The notes below the pieces were generated by a model. It ran no database searches. It saw only the letters and a list, made by a program, of their open reading frames with translations, and was not told the DNA's origin. From Eledone cirrhosa (Eukaryota), in NCBI GenBank assembly GCA_964016885.1, contig OZ024743.1, positions 356,128,001 through 356,192,000 of the forward strand: DNA of 64,000 nt, in the 5' to 3' direction. Numbering within the stretch: position 1 is the stretch's first letter; the number at the start of each line of letters is the position of its first letter. A program made the translations under genes and the position numbers. Shown here piece by piece: positions 27,361 through 40,034 of this stretch.

Positions 27361-28345
27361 ATATATATATATGTACATATACATACATATATATATACAT
27401 ACATGTATACATACATGTACATATACATACATATATACATGCATGTACATATACATACATATATACATGCATGTACATATACATACATATATACATACAT
27501 GTTCATATACATGCATATATACATGCATGTACATATACATAGATATATACATACATGTACATATACATACATATATACATACATGTTCATATACATGCAT
27601 ATATACATATATGTACATATACATACATATATACATACATGTACATATACATACATATATACATACATACGTGTATACATACATATATACATACATGTAC
27701 ATACATATATACATACATGTACATACATATATACATACATGTACATATACATACATATATACATGTACATATACATACATACATGTACATATACATACAT
27801 GTACATATGCATATATACATGTGCATATACATACATATATACATGTGCATATACATACATACAGACATACATGTACATATACATACATACATACATACAT
27901 ACATACATACATACATACATGTACATATACATACATATATACATACATGTACATATACATATATACATGTGCTTATACATACATATATACATGTGCATAT
28001 ACATACATACATACATACATACATGTACATATATGTACATACATACATGTGCATATACATATACATATATACATATACATATATACATATGTACATATAC
28101 ATACACGTACATATACATACATATATACATACATACATGTACATATACATACATATATACATATATGTACATATACATACATACATGCATGTACATATAC
28201 ATACATATATACATGTACATATACATTCATACATACATACATATGAATACATATACATATAAATGCATATTCATATACATACATACATACATACATACAT
28301 ACATACACACACACACATATATATGAATGCATATACATACATATA
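27361..28345. repeat. ~1-kb cryptic TACA/TATA/TGCA satellite, almost purely alternating purine-pyrimidine
   Basis: Read directly; source of the spurious MYIH/YMCV ORFs. Confidence 0.95.
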
Positions 28346-28569
28346 CACACATATATATATACATGGACAGACAGATGTGAAGGAGAAAGAAGAGCATGCG
28401 CGCGCGTGTAGTGTGTGAGGGATGGTGTGGGGGGAGGTGCGGGGGGTGAGGGGTGTAGGTGTCTGTCTGTCTGTCTGTCTGTCTGTAGAGTTAATGTTAC
28501 ACTTCACCTCTACAACAGAAGAATTACTTTGCGATAAATAAACATATCATAGCAAACAGCAACGTTTAC

Positions 28570-28972
28570 AACAACACCAACAATAGCAACAATACTACTA
28601 GTAACAACAACAACTACTACTACAGCATTAACAAGAACAACAATTCTATAACAACAACAACAACAACTATAGCAATAACAACAAAAGCAATACTAGCAAT
28701 AACAACAACAACAATTATAGCAATAACAACAAAAGCAATACTAGCAATAACAACAACAACAATTATAGCAATAACAACAAAAGCAATACTAGCAGTAACA
28801 ACAACAGTTACAGCATTGACAATAACAACAACAACAACAACACGATTCTAGCAACAAAAACAATTCTGGCAGTAACAACAACAACAGTTATAACATTAAC
28901 CACCAATTCCACCACAACAACAACAACAGTTATAACATTAACCACCAATTCCACCACAACAACAACAACAAA
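28570..28972. repeat. (AAC)n-derived array with 42-bp higher-order duplications
   Basis: tatagcaataacaacaaaagcaatactagca.taacaacaacaac x3 and cagttataacattaaccaccaattccaccacaac x2. Confidence 0.85.
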
Positions 28973-29580
28973 GAAAGTTACTGATATGGATTGTACGTAG
29001 CTATAAAACTAAATCCTGTTTGAAATTTTTTTTTTTTTTTTAATGATAGGGAGGAAAGCATGGTGGTGGCATGGGGAGTAGTGGGGAGAGGAGTAAACTA
29101 CCCCCCCCCCCCCCCCTCATCACCACCCCCAACTACAAAGACAATAATAATTACAACAATAAGACGTGGCGGCGGTGGTGGTGGAGGTGGCAGATTATGG
29201 GAATAAAAATAAGCTATTTTAATGTTATTATGAAGAACCTTTAAGTGTGTATGTAGTGGTGTGGGAGATGGGTGGAATGATGGGATGTGATATACAGACA
29301 GACGTATCCACCACAGACAGACAATGAAATACAGAGAGACAGACAAATATATAGATAGATAGATAAAGAGAGGGAGATAGATAGAGAGAGAGGGGGGAGG
29401 GAGAGAGATAGGTAGATATGTTTCTTAATTTGTCACAAGGGCGCACAAGAAATAGGACATTGCAAGACATGACGGGCAGTTTTACATAAAAATTGCATAA
29501 ACTTTAATATTAATAAATTAAAATAAACTATACATTAAAATAATAAAATAAAAAGACAGACAGACAGACAGATAGATATG

Positions 29581-30460
29581 TTTCTTTATTAGCCACAGGG
29601 GCACAAAACAAGGGGACAAATACAAAGGGGGAAGTTTACATACAATAAAAACGTGTAAAATATTATCACAAATGCAATTTAAAAAATTAGTCGATTTTCC
29701 CCAATAGGGGGAGACAGTTCATATGCGTAACACATACCCCCGAAAAAATGTGCAACCCTCATCTCCAAGAGTACGAAGAGTTTGTACTCCTTTCTTCTCC
29801 TCCTCCTTTTCCTCAACCTACAGGCTGATATAGAGAGAAGGCCCATTCACTAGGGCCATTCTCGCCACTTTCACCCACCTTTCATAAAACTTGCTGGGGT
29901 ACAGCACCCCTCTCTCCATCCTGATTCTTCTTCCAAAGTGGTATTTGAAAAAAAGAATCAGTTGTTGGCCGGAGAGAAAGGTGTCTGACCTCAGCCCTTT
30001 CAACCTTGTCCCCCATACAACCTCTTTCGCCATAGCTATCACACAAAGGAAAACCGCCTCTCCTTCGTTTTTGAAGGAGGGTGGCGGTTTGATCATGACA
30101 GTGGACTCGGTGGTCAACCAGATTGGTCCCACCCCCGACAATAGTCGTTCTACATAGCCCCACAGATCGGTGACGCCCGGGCAGTGTATGAATGCGTGCG
30201 CGACGGTTTCTTTGTCTCTCACGCACCTCGGACAGATCTTTTTTGCAGGGTCCCTGCCCCGGCGCCCATGTCTGCCGAGCTTGTCTTGAACTGGTAGAGC
30301 TCCTCGGTAGCACTGCCAGGCCAGGGACTTTTGGAAGTTGTCCATCGGTCCCGGGCGGAAGGTCCTACCGAACAGACTGGCCAGTTCATCTTCCTCTACG
30401 CCTAGAGTTTCACCGAGCGCGTCGTCGCACTTGCTGGGGATCAACCCTCTACAGAATGAC
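29581..30460 (-). mobile_element. L1/Tx1-clade LINE 3' fragment (C-terminal zinc finger and 3' UTR)
   Basis: ORF 29818..30483 has WQCYRGALPV and CPRC..ETVAHAFIHC (CCHC zinc finger). A-rich tail at 29581; flanked by GACA/GATA repeats. Confidence 0.85.
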
Positions 30461-30809
30461 GAGACAGACAGATAGATAGACATATTGGCAGAGGCATACA
30501 GTTAAAGATGGACAGCGAGACATAGCAAGATAGACAACCATGCATTGCAGACTTGTGGGCTCATGTCAAACAACTGCTATCACATGTAGGACAGATCCAA
30601 CTATTAGCCATAAAGCCATGGCTGTAGTGAGGAGTCAACCAGCACCTTTTAGAAGTCGGGCACAGCAAGTATTCCTCTGTTTGGAAACCAAGATAAAGGA
30701 ATCAAGTGGTATGGTGGACTTGTTTAAAAGAATTCAGGAGAGGAATCTTCCTATCCAACCAAGCCCTCATCAACTTCTTCTAGTTTCATTTGAGATAATT
30801 GTTATTGGG

Positions 30810-31003
30810 ATGGCTGGTGGATTGACTTTGTGGTATAGAGTTACAGCCCTTTGTGTTCTGAGTTCAAATCCCACCGAGGCTAGTTATGCCTTTCATTCTT
30901 ATGGAGTCGATAAAATAAAGTACCAGTATGATACTGGGTCGATCTAATCGACTTTCCCTCCCCCAAAATTGTTGGCCTTGTGCCTAAATCAGAAACCATT
31001 ATT
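30810..31003 (+). mobile_element. Nin/Deu-domain SINE variant
   Basis: gagttcaaatccc B box, then gcctttcattcttatggagtcgataaaataaagtaccag. Confidence 0.75.
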
Positions 31004-31317
31004 AAGATGGGTGAAAGTAGTGAAAATGGTAAGAGTGAACAGGACTACTTTCAGTTTGTGGCTATAGGTGAAACAACAATAGTAGGGACAGGGTATTCGC
31101 TCCTGGAAGTCAAGGTGGTTGTCAATCAGTGGGGTGACTCGATTAACTAGCCTTAGGTATTCAGTTCTCTATAACAGGAGGACTGAATGTCTCACATAAT
31201 TGTATGCTAGGTATACAAATCCCATTCATGTCTATGTAAATCTCCACCTTAATGGTGTAACCTGATTTCTATCATCTCCATCTGATGCCCATGTGGCAAT
31301 TAAAAGAAGTAATTATT

Positions 31318-32560
31318 TTAGGCAGTATCATTAGAGCACCAAACACCATGCTTTGCAACATAGAGTTATAGCCCTTTACGTTCTGAGTTCAAATACCGTC
31401 GAGGTTAACTTTGCCTTTCATCCTTACAGGGTCGATAAAATAAAGTACCAGTAATGTACTGGGGTAATTGCTGGTCTTGTGCCAAAAGTAGAATCATTGT
31501 ACGGTGGATTGGCAGTATCGGTAGGGGGTCGGACGCCATGCTTTGAAGCAAAGAGTTACGGCCCTTTATGGTCTGAGTTCAAATCTCGCCACAGTTAACT
31601 TAGCCTTTCATCCTTACAGGGTCGATAAAATAAAGTACCAGGACTGTACTGGGGGTAATTGCTGGTCTTGTGCCAAAAGTAGAATCATTGTACGGTGGAT
31701 TGGCAGTATCGGTAGGGGGTTGGACGCCATGCTTTGAAGCAAAGAGTTACGGCCCTTTATGGTCTGAGTTCAAATCCCGCCACAGTTAACTTTGCCTTTC
31801 ATCCTTACAGGGTCGATAAAATAAAGTACCAGTACTGTACTGGGGTAATTGCTGGTCTTGTGCCAAAAGTAGAAACAATTATTAATATTATTGACGGTGG
31901 ATTGACAGTATCAGTAGAGGGTCAGACGCCATGCTTTGCAGCATAGAGTTACGGCCCTTTATATTCTGAGTTCAAATCTCGCCACGGTTAACTTTGCCTT
32001 TCATCCTTACAGGGTCGATGAAATAAAGTACCATTAATGTACTGAGATAATTATTGTGCCTAAAGTAGAAACAATTATTAATATTATTGGTTTCTACTAT
32101 AGGCACAAGGCCAACCATTTTTGGGGCGGGGAAAGTCAATTAAACCGACCCCCATGCATTACTGGTACTTTATTTTATTGACCTTGTATAGATAAAAGAC
32201 AAAGATAAACAAACAGGATGAAACCGAGTTCAAATCCCACCTTTCATCAATATGGAGTCAATAAAGTAAAGTACCAGTAATGCAATGGGGTCGATTTAAT
32301 CGACTTTCTCCTCCCCCAAAACTGTTGGTCTTGTGTCTCAACCAGAAACCATTATTATTATATCTACTTGGTAGATTGGCAATATCGGTAGAGGGTCGGA
32401 CACTATGCTTTGACGTATAGAGTTACGGCCCTTGCCATTCTGAGTTCAAATCCCGCCGAGGTTAACTTTGCCTTTCATCCTTACGAGGTCGATAAAATAA
32501 AGTACCAGTAATTCTCTGGGTAATTGCTGGCCTTGTGCCAAACGTAGAAACAATTATTAT
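31318..32560 (+). repeat. Head-to-tail array of about six Nin/Deu SINE copies (~190-bp unit) with one inverted partial copy near 32085-32200
   Basis: Units start near 31318, 31501, 31692, 31893, 32225 (partial) and 32370. The units at 31501 and 31692 are almost identical. Confidence 0.9.
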
Positions 32561-32801
32561 ATCTACTCTTTTCTCTTTCCCTTGATGTATATCCCACTCT
32601 GTGGTGTGTTGTTTTTTCGTCAATGTATTGTCCTCAATACCTTGGGTTCTTGTGGCCAATAAAAGAAACTATTGTTGTTGTTGAAGTAAACAGGAAGAAG
32701 TAAAACAAATATAGAAATTTAAAAATAAAAATGCATGAAGAATTACTGAAGATAATATGTTTTAAGAAGTAGACAGGGAAATACATCTTTGATCAATGAA
32801 G

Positions 32802-33001
32802 NNNNNNNNNNNNNNNNNNNNNNNNNNNNNNNNNNNNNNNNNNNNNNNNNNNNNNNNNNNNNNNNNNNNNNNNNNNNNNNNNNNNNNNNNNNNNNNNNNN
32901 NNNNNNNNNNNNNNNNNNNNNNNNNNNNNNNNNNNNNNNNNNNNNNNNNNNNNNNNNNNNNNNNNNNNNNNNNNNNNNNNNNNNNNNNNNNNNNNNNNNN
33001 N
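32802..33001. other. Assembly gap (200 N)
   Basis: Run of n. Confidence 1.
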
Positions 33002-33212
33002 CCTTCCTCGTACACACTCTTTTCCACTTTCTCTTGCTCCTCCGGGGCTTTTTCCTGGTACTCCCTCTTTTTTCGAATTCTTACGCATTACACCCGCTTT
33101 GATTTCTTCTTATTCTTTCTCCTATAACACACATTTACACATACGTGCGTATTTGTGTATCATTATCAGTCGCTCTATCTATCTATCTAAATACATATCT
33201 ATTTATATATAC

Positions 33213-33346
<134 letters not shown>

Positions 33347-34250
33347 TTTGTATGTTTGTTTGTGTGTGTGTTTGTGTGTATGTGTGTTGTGAATATATAC
33401 ATATATATATTCATGTATATATATATATAGATACATATACATAGTTACATGTATATTATATATATTCATATTGTGTCAATAGATCTGTCTGATTCTCTCC
33501 TCTCTCTCTTCCTCCTTCTTTCTCTCTCTCTTCCTCCTTTTCTCTCTCTCTCTCTCTCACCTGGCTGTATATTTTCTGCATTAACTCTAAACCTTCGTTA
33601 GGAACATTCTTTCGTAACATATCTGCATCGTTAAGAACAAGCCAATGCTAGAGTAAGTTCCTTAACGAAGCGATAAATAATGCTGACATCTTGGATGTTT
33701 AGTAATGGAATTTAGTAAAAGAGTTTTGGAGAGACGGTCGAAGCTAGCGGCTACTTTTGATCTATAACTTTCTCTTGATTAAAACTTTATTTATGCCAAA
33801 CGATTCTTGCAATCATCAAATTTTAGGGATAATCTTTAGATCTGGAGTCAGGGATGAATGACGTAGCCAACACGTTTATATCTGTATGGGGGGGGGGGGG
33901 TTATGTGAAGCAGAAGTGGCGTTGTGACGTAAGATGAAATGTTTTTGTACCACTTACCCGCGAACTAAGTTCATATCACACTACGGTCAACCTTTGATTT
34001 TCGGGGACGATAAATAAATTACCTGTTCAAGGTGTTGGTTAGTAAAATTATGTGATGCTTTTCAGTGTTTCTTTCGGTCCTTTGCCTTCGGAGTTTCCTT
34101 GCAAAGTAACATATGTGAAACTGTATTGACCTTACCCATTCTCTTGGACAACATTGTTAGAGTTAGAGAGAGAGGAGACTTGCAAGCAGGAGCGACTGTT
34201 GATCTTTTTTAACACGCTTTACTCAATCTTGCATTTCGGAGTGGATATAT

Positions 34251-34437
34251 ATAATTGTTTCTACTTTTGGCACAAGGCCAGCAAATACCCAGTGTATTAC
34301 TGGTACTTTATTTTATCGACCCCATAAGGATGAAAGGCAAAGTTAACTGCGGCGGGATTTGAACTCAGAATGGCAAGGGCCGTAACTCTATGCGTCAAAG
34401 CATGGCGTCTGACCCTCTACCGATACTGACAATCCAA
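34251..34437 (-). mobile_element. Nin/Deu-domain tRNA SINE
   Basis: Full-length reverse complement of the family sequence. Confidence 0.85.
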
Positions 34438-35583
34438 TGAAGAAACATTACTTTATATACATATATACCTGTATAGAGAGGGAAATTGGTGTGTGGATCT
34501 ACATTTTAAATGATAACTGTTTTGATGAAATAACAGACGTCGAAGTCTAGTCGGCTGATACTTATAAATGTTTTAGTTAAAATATTTCAGCGATAAAATA
34601 CAGAATTTCGTGTAATCTTCTTACCATTTCCTTAGTGCAAGTTAATACTACCATTTAGACATTGGGTAGCATTAACGTGTTCCAGTATTTGATTCAGGTT
34701 TCTGAATTGAAAATAATTACTTCACTTCCACTTATCAGCCAGGGAGGCGTTGCTAAATAGACAAAAAACAAAAAATAAAAAAATAAAAGAAAACATAGGC
34801 CCTTTGTCTTTATAAGATATTTAATAACAAAAAAGAAAGTGGGAATTATCACTCAATTATCACGTTTTGAATAAAAGCAAATTGCAGCTAATTATTTTTT
34901 CCCCAAAAAATATCTTTATCAACATCGGAGAACCTTACTTTCCTCCACTTTTCAACAAGATTCTAGTGAGAGATCAATTGCAGACATACTATCTTATATC
35001 ACACACCAGAGTCCTTCGTCCTTGGTAGACATACATATTGGTATACATATATAAATACAGAGAACATAGGAACAACAAATACACATAAATACAAATGCAG
35101 GTAGACATACGGAGAACGAAATATAAGGATAAAAGGAACAAGGATATAAAACACGGACCCTCATGTCACGATTATACAATCCTATACAATCCTATACGTG
35201 CATAACAGAATGGTGGTAGTGTGATTCGGGGCGGGCGCATATAGGCTATCCAGGAATCGACCAAGGTTGGACGCAGGAACAGAACGACGTGTTTTTTTTT
35301 TCTGCCTGCAGCATATCACAAAATAGAATTTCATCTGAATATACTGTTCTCATAACAACAACAATTGCATGAATTAAATCTTGGATTGCATTCGAGAACC
35401 GTTGAAATAATTATTATGAATAAACGATTTATGTAACATCAGCATCTTTCTTAATGTTATTCTTATACTGAATCTCTATCTTAACTACAAACTCCGAATG
35501 TAGAGAGTTTTTTCCTGTTTGCTCCTGTGTTTACCAAAACAATCTCTTCTGAACACACACGCGCGCGCGCTCGCATGCACGCA

Positions 35584-35639
<56 letters not shown>

Positions 35640-35989
35640 TATATATATACAGAGAGAGAGAGAGAGAGAGACAGAGACATTTAAAAACGATGTAATTTCA
35701 ATAATGATTTATGAATTCTCTCTGGAAATGTGCACCACATCCTGAACTATATTATCAAACATGGTAGGGTGTGATTTGAGAGAGATTTAGCTTCACTTTC
35801 TAACAAATCCAGTGAGAAATTTACGAGGTATATTGATAAATAACTAAACTGAAAAACAAAACCACAGAGCTAATTAAATATCTTTCTTTATTTGCCACAG
35901 GGGCGTACAAAAATGGGACATTACAAGACGTGACGGCGGGGGTTTTACATAAAAATCATATGACTATAACATTAATAAATATCAAAAAA

Positions 35990-36282
35990 CTATCTATGTA
36001 TCTAAAACAGAGAATGTCTGTCTGTCTGTCTCCCTAAAACTAGAGAACCACCCAACAGATTGCTTTCAAACTTTACACAAGTAATACATATGGTCCTGTA
36101 AGTGCCGTGAGCAAAACATATTTCAAACTTTCAATGCCCTAGGGACCGCATTAGGCGCCGTTTAGCGATCTCTCTCTATAATTCTTAGTCTTTCTTTTTA
36201 GATATAACGTTGCATCCTTATAATGTCTGTCTGTCTGCATTACGACATTATGAAGTTATATGTGTGTGTGTGTATATATATG

Positions 36283-36353
<71 letters not shown>

Positions 36354-36466
36354 TGTGTAACGTTTTTCGAATTATTTACTTCTGCGTTCACAGATTGATT
36401 TTTTAGTTTCAGAAGATCCCGTTAAGGGTGAAAGCAACAATTCTTTGCTTAAACTTTAATCTGTTA

Positions 36467-36512
<46 letters not shown>

Positions 36513-36657
36513 TATTCATGTACATATATTTTTGCATACACAATAACAAAATATAAACAAACGTATTTATTTCACGAGACTCGATAAGGATAAATATATA
36601 TCAAATATACAAGAACCCTAGAGCAAATCCTGAGCAACGCATGACCATTCTGCTAGT
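35990..36657 (+). mobile_element. Helitron/DINE-1-like non-autonomous element(s)
   Basis: tatctaaaa...(GTCT)n...ttcaaactttacac head and a gagcaacgc...tgCTAGt 3' end. Related pieces at 39680-40035, 41430-41760 and 43558-43590 (minus). Confidence 0.5.
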
Positions 36658-36671
36658 ATATAATAAAATAA

Positions 36672-36870
36672 CAATTGAATTCCCCAATAGAGGGGTACGT
36701 TACTGTATGGTTGTTTTATACCCCGTTGATAGAACAACCCTCAACATCAGGAACACGTTTTATAGGTGTCCCTGTCTTCCCTCCGTTTATCTTCCTCAAC
36801 CTACAGGTTTATATACAGAGAAGGCCCATGCACTCGGGCCATTTTCGCCACGTTCACCCACCTTTCAGTG
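36672..36870 (-). mobile_element. Short 3' fragment of the same Tx1-like LINE
   Basis: cctcaacctacagg..atata.agagaaggcccat.cact.gggccatt.tcgcca..ttcaccca matches 29811-29882. Confidence 0.75.
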
Positions 36871-37262
36871 AATTTACTGGCACCTCTCTCTCCACTCTCA
36901 CATTCCTTCAATCAGATAGACAGACAAACAGTCAGAGAGATATCCATAGATAGATAGAAACGTGGATAGTGAAAGAGGTGTAAGAATGGGACATATGAGG
37001 TTATATAAAACGAATTTCCGATTACACATTAAATTTGTAATTTTTGAAAAACTGTTTCGTGCCATTGTCAAATTTGATCCGAATTGTAATGATAGGCAGT
37101 TTAGTATGGAATCTTCCTATTTGGTCCCAATAGCGTTTATTAGCTTCATTGGCACGACACAGAGTCACGGACACGCACTCACATACATCCCTAACACATA
37201 CACACATATGCTTAAGCATATACACATGTGTTTAGAGATCCAAATACACACACACACGCGCG

Positions 37263-37343
<81 letters not shown>

Positions 37344-37344
37344 T

Positions 37345-37399
<55 letters not shown>

Positions 37400-37472
37400 G
37401 TTATTCCGGGTTGAATCGGAGGTAACCACAGTAAGTAAGGTACTCAATACATAGCAGAGTATAACAGTTTTA

Positions 37473-37586
37473 ATATAGATGAGATTCTACAGGACTAGAA
37501 CTGTTTCATTCATTACAAATCATCAGGAATCTCAGATTCCTGATGATTTCTAATGAATGAAACAGTTCTAGTCCTGTAGAATCTCA

Positions 37587-37593
<7 letters not shown>
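37473..37593. repeat. Near-perfect palindrome, 60-bp arms, 1-nt spacer
   Basis: Centre ggaatct-c-agattcc at 37533. Confidence 0.95.
37534..37584 (+). ncRNA. Type I hammerhead ribozyme (mirror copy on minus strand at 37482-37532)
   Basis: AGATTC-CTGATGA-tTTCtaatGAAt-GAA-ACAG ttctagtc CTGT-A-GAATCT; predicted cleavage after A37578. Confidence 0.8.
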
Positions 37594-37682
<89 letters not shown>

Positions 37683-37926
37683 GAAATTAATGTGGTGGTG
37701 AGTTGAAAGAGAACATTCAAGAAATGTGTGTCTGAGAGAGACAGTGTAATGAGATGAGTGAGAGTGTGATACAGAGAATAAGTGTGAGCAGCAGAGAGAG
37801 AGAGAGAAGCTAATATAGAGAGCGAGACTTAGTGACAGGGATGGGGGGTGGGGAGAGAAAGTGAGTATCAGCGAAAGAATATGAAATAAAAGCAGGACAT
37901 AATTCAGAAAATGGGGAGCGAAAACG

Positions 37927-37962
<36 letters not shown>

Positions 37963-38599
37963 GAGAGTGTCGGAGAAAGAGAGAGATATAAATAGCAAGA
38001 AAGATAGTGAAAGAGCAAAAGTGGTAAACAAAATATAACGACGAATGAAATAATTAGAGCATGCATTAAAGGTGAAAGAAAGAAAGAAAAAGAGTGTAGC
38101 GAAGGAAATACAGAAAGATAAAGAAAGAAAGATGAAAAAAAGAGACCCAAGAAGGAAACAGAATAACGGAAAAGAGCAAAGTAAAGAAAAAGAAAAAGAA
38201 GGAAGAGAAAAAGAAATTACGAATAAGGATTGTGAAAGAGAGTAAGACATAAAATGATTAGGGAAAATATCCAAGGACGCCTGCTGCATAAGAAATTAAT
38301 ATTAAAATGAGGCATACGTGATGAATTAAACCAATAAATATTAATTAACTTTTAATCCTTACTGAAGAAAACAATCATTATTTACATAATTATGTCTGAT
38401 TAAAAAGGAGATGGAGAATCCCCGAAAATTTAATTAATTGAAATTAATTAAATAGAAAAGAGCCTCATGAACACCATCGTCCCCAGGACAAAAGCTCCTC
38501 CATTTGTTTGGGCCAGAAGTCCTCGTTGTGTAGGGATTTCAGATTACTACTGTTTTACTTTACTTTAACATAACTGGGGGCTTGGATTCAATCTATTCT

Positions 38600-38820
38600 A
38601 GATTACCGTGGCGTGAAGCGACAGAGATTACATCACTCACCACTGAATAAAGCGCCAGTCCATCGGGGAGTTTAAACCCCCAGCTATTGCTGGTACTAAT
38701 TCTCTGCTGAGTAACAACGTGAAAAGTAGTCTTTTGCTCAAGCGTACAACACAGTCCAATCCAGAAATCAAACCCACGACATTATGAACATCCTAATCAC
38801 TAAGACACGCACCTCCACAC
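38600..38820 (-). mobile_element. Meta/MESC-like tRNA SINE
   Basis: Homologous to 25425-25690 (gcgccagtccat, aaacccccag, tttgctcaag). Confidence 0.7.
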
Positions 38821-39901
38821 TCGGTGCTAGTTTGAACGTAATATTATTTTACATCACTAACATTTCAGATTAACCTCATAAGTCACTTTTTTCTTGTTTT
38901 CTCTTTGATTACAATATTAGGTCGGTAGGCTTGATATCACCATCTGTGTGTAATGGCATATCTCAGAATACGGTTGCTGTGACAATCTTTCAAGTATATG
39001 ACGAAACTATCTCTTTACTGTTGGTTTTTATCATGCTGGCATAACTTCCAGTCAAGAACTAGAGTCAATTTAATGGGTTTACACCACTCCCTAATTGCTG
39101 GTCTTGTGGCTAAATTAAAAAAAAACGTAATAGAGGTGAATTAATCGAATGAAAGAAATATTAGGTGTGGACAAATTGCTTTGCGATGGACATTTCCTTT
39201 ATTTAAGTGTGCTAAGTTCAAATCCTAGGGAGGTCACCTTTGCCTTTTGCCCTTCCGGAGTAGCTAAAATAAAATACCAGTAATGGACTAGGGCCGATAT
39301 AATAGACTTTTCGTACTTCAAATTACCACCATTGTGCATGAGCTAGAAACAACTATAATTAGGAAGATAAAGTGCAAGATTTGTATGTGTGAGAGTTTAG
39401 TTGTATATATCTGAGTTTGTGTATGTGTCTTCTTGTGCCTGTGCATGTGTGTTCGCGTGAGCTTGCGTGCGTGTTAGGTACATGTTTGTAAATCATGCAG
39501 AAATAAGCATCTATATATATAAAACTGTTCTTGTCTGTGTGTGTGTCCCCATTTTTGCAAAGTCTATACAAATCCACATTTCTACTTCGATTGACTTCAA
39601 ACTTGCATTTATATGTTCCTTGCGGTCTAAAGATATTAACTGCAGCTTTTATTTTTCAATTTTCTGTTGTTAAAGGGGTGTTAGGCGCCGGTTATCCATC
39701 TCCGTAGCGCTCTTATAATATCTGTCTGTATGTCTGGTTGTCTGCATTACGACATTCTGACGAACATTGATGACGTATTATGTTCGCTATTTTCCGTTCA
39801 TTGCCAGGGAACGTCTTCACGAAACAAAGTATCGTCTTCCTGTTTTCCTTCGGTTGCAACGTTTTTCGAAATATCTACTTCTGCGTTCACAGATTGATTT
39901 T

Positions 39902-39986
<85 letters not shown>

Positions 39987-40034
39987 CCGAGAAGTACCCA
40001 ACCGATTTTTTTCAAACTTTACATGTGTATTATT

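Noticed and set aside
27336-28350. 200-300 aa ORFs on both strands (MYIH/YMCV-rich)
   Set aside because: Translations of a simple satellite that lacks stop codons by composition.
39767-40034. N-terminus of the 459-aa ORF
   Set aside because: Read-through from a DINE-like repeat and (GT)n; homology starts near 40035.
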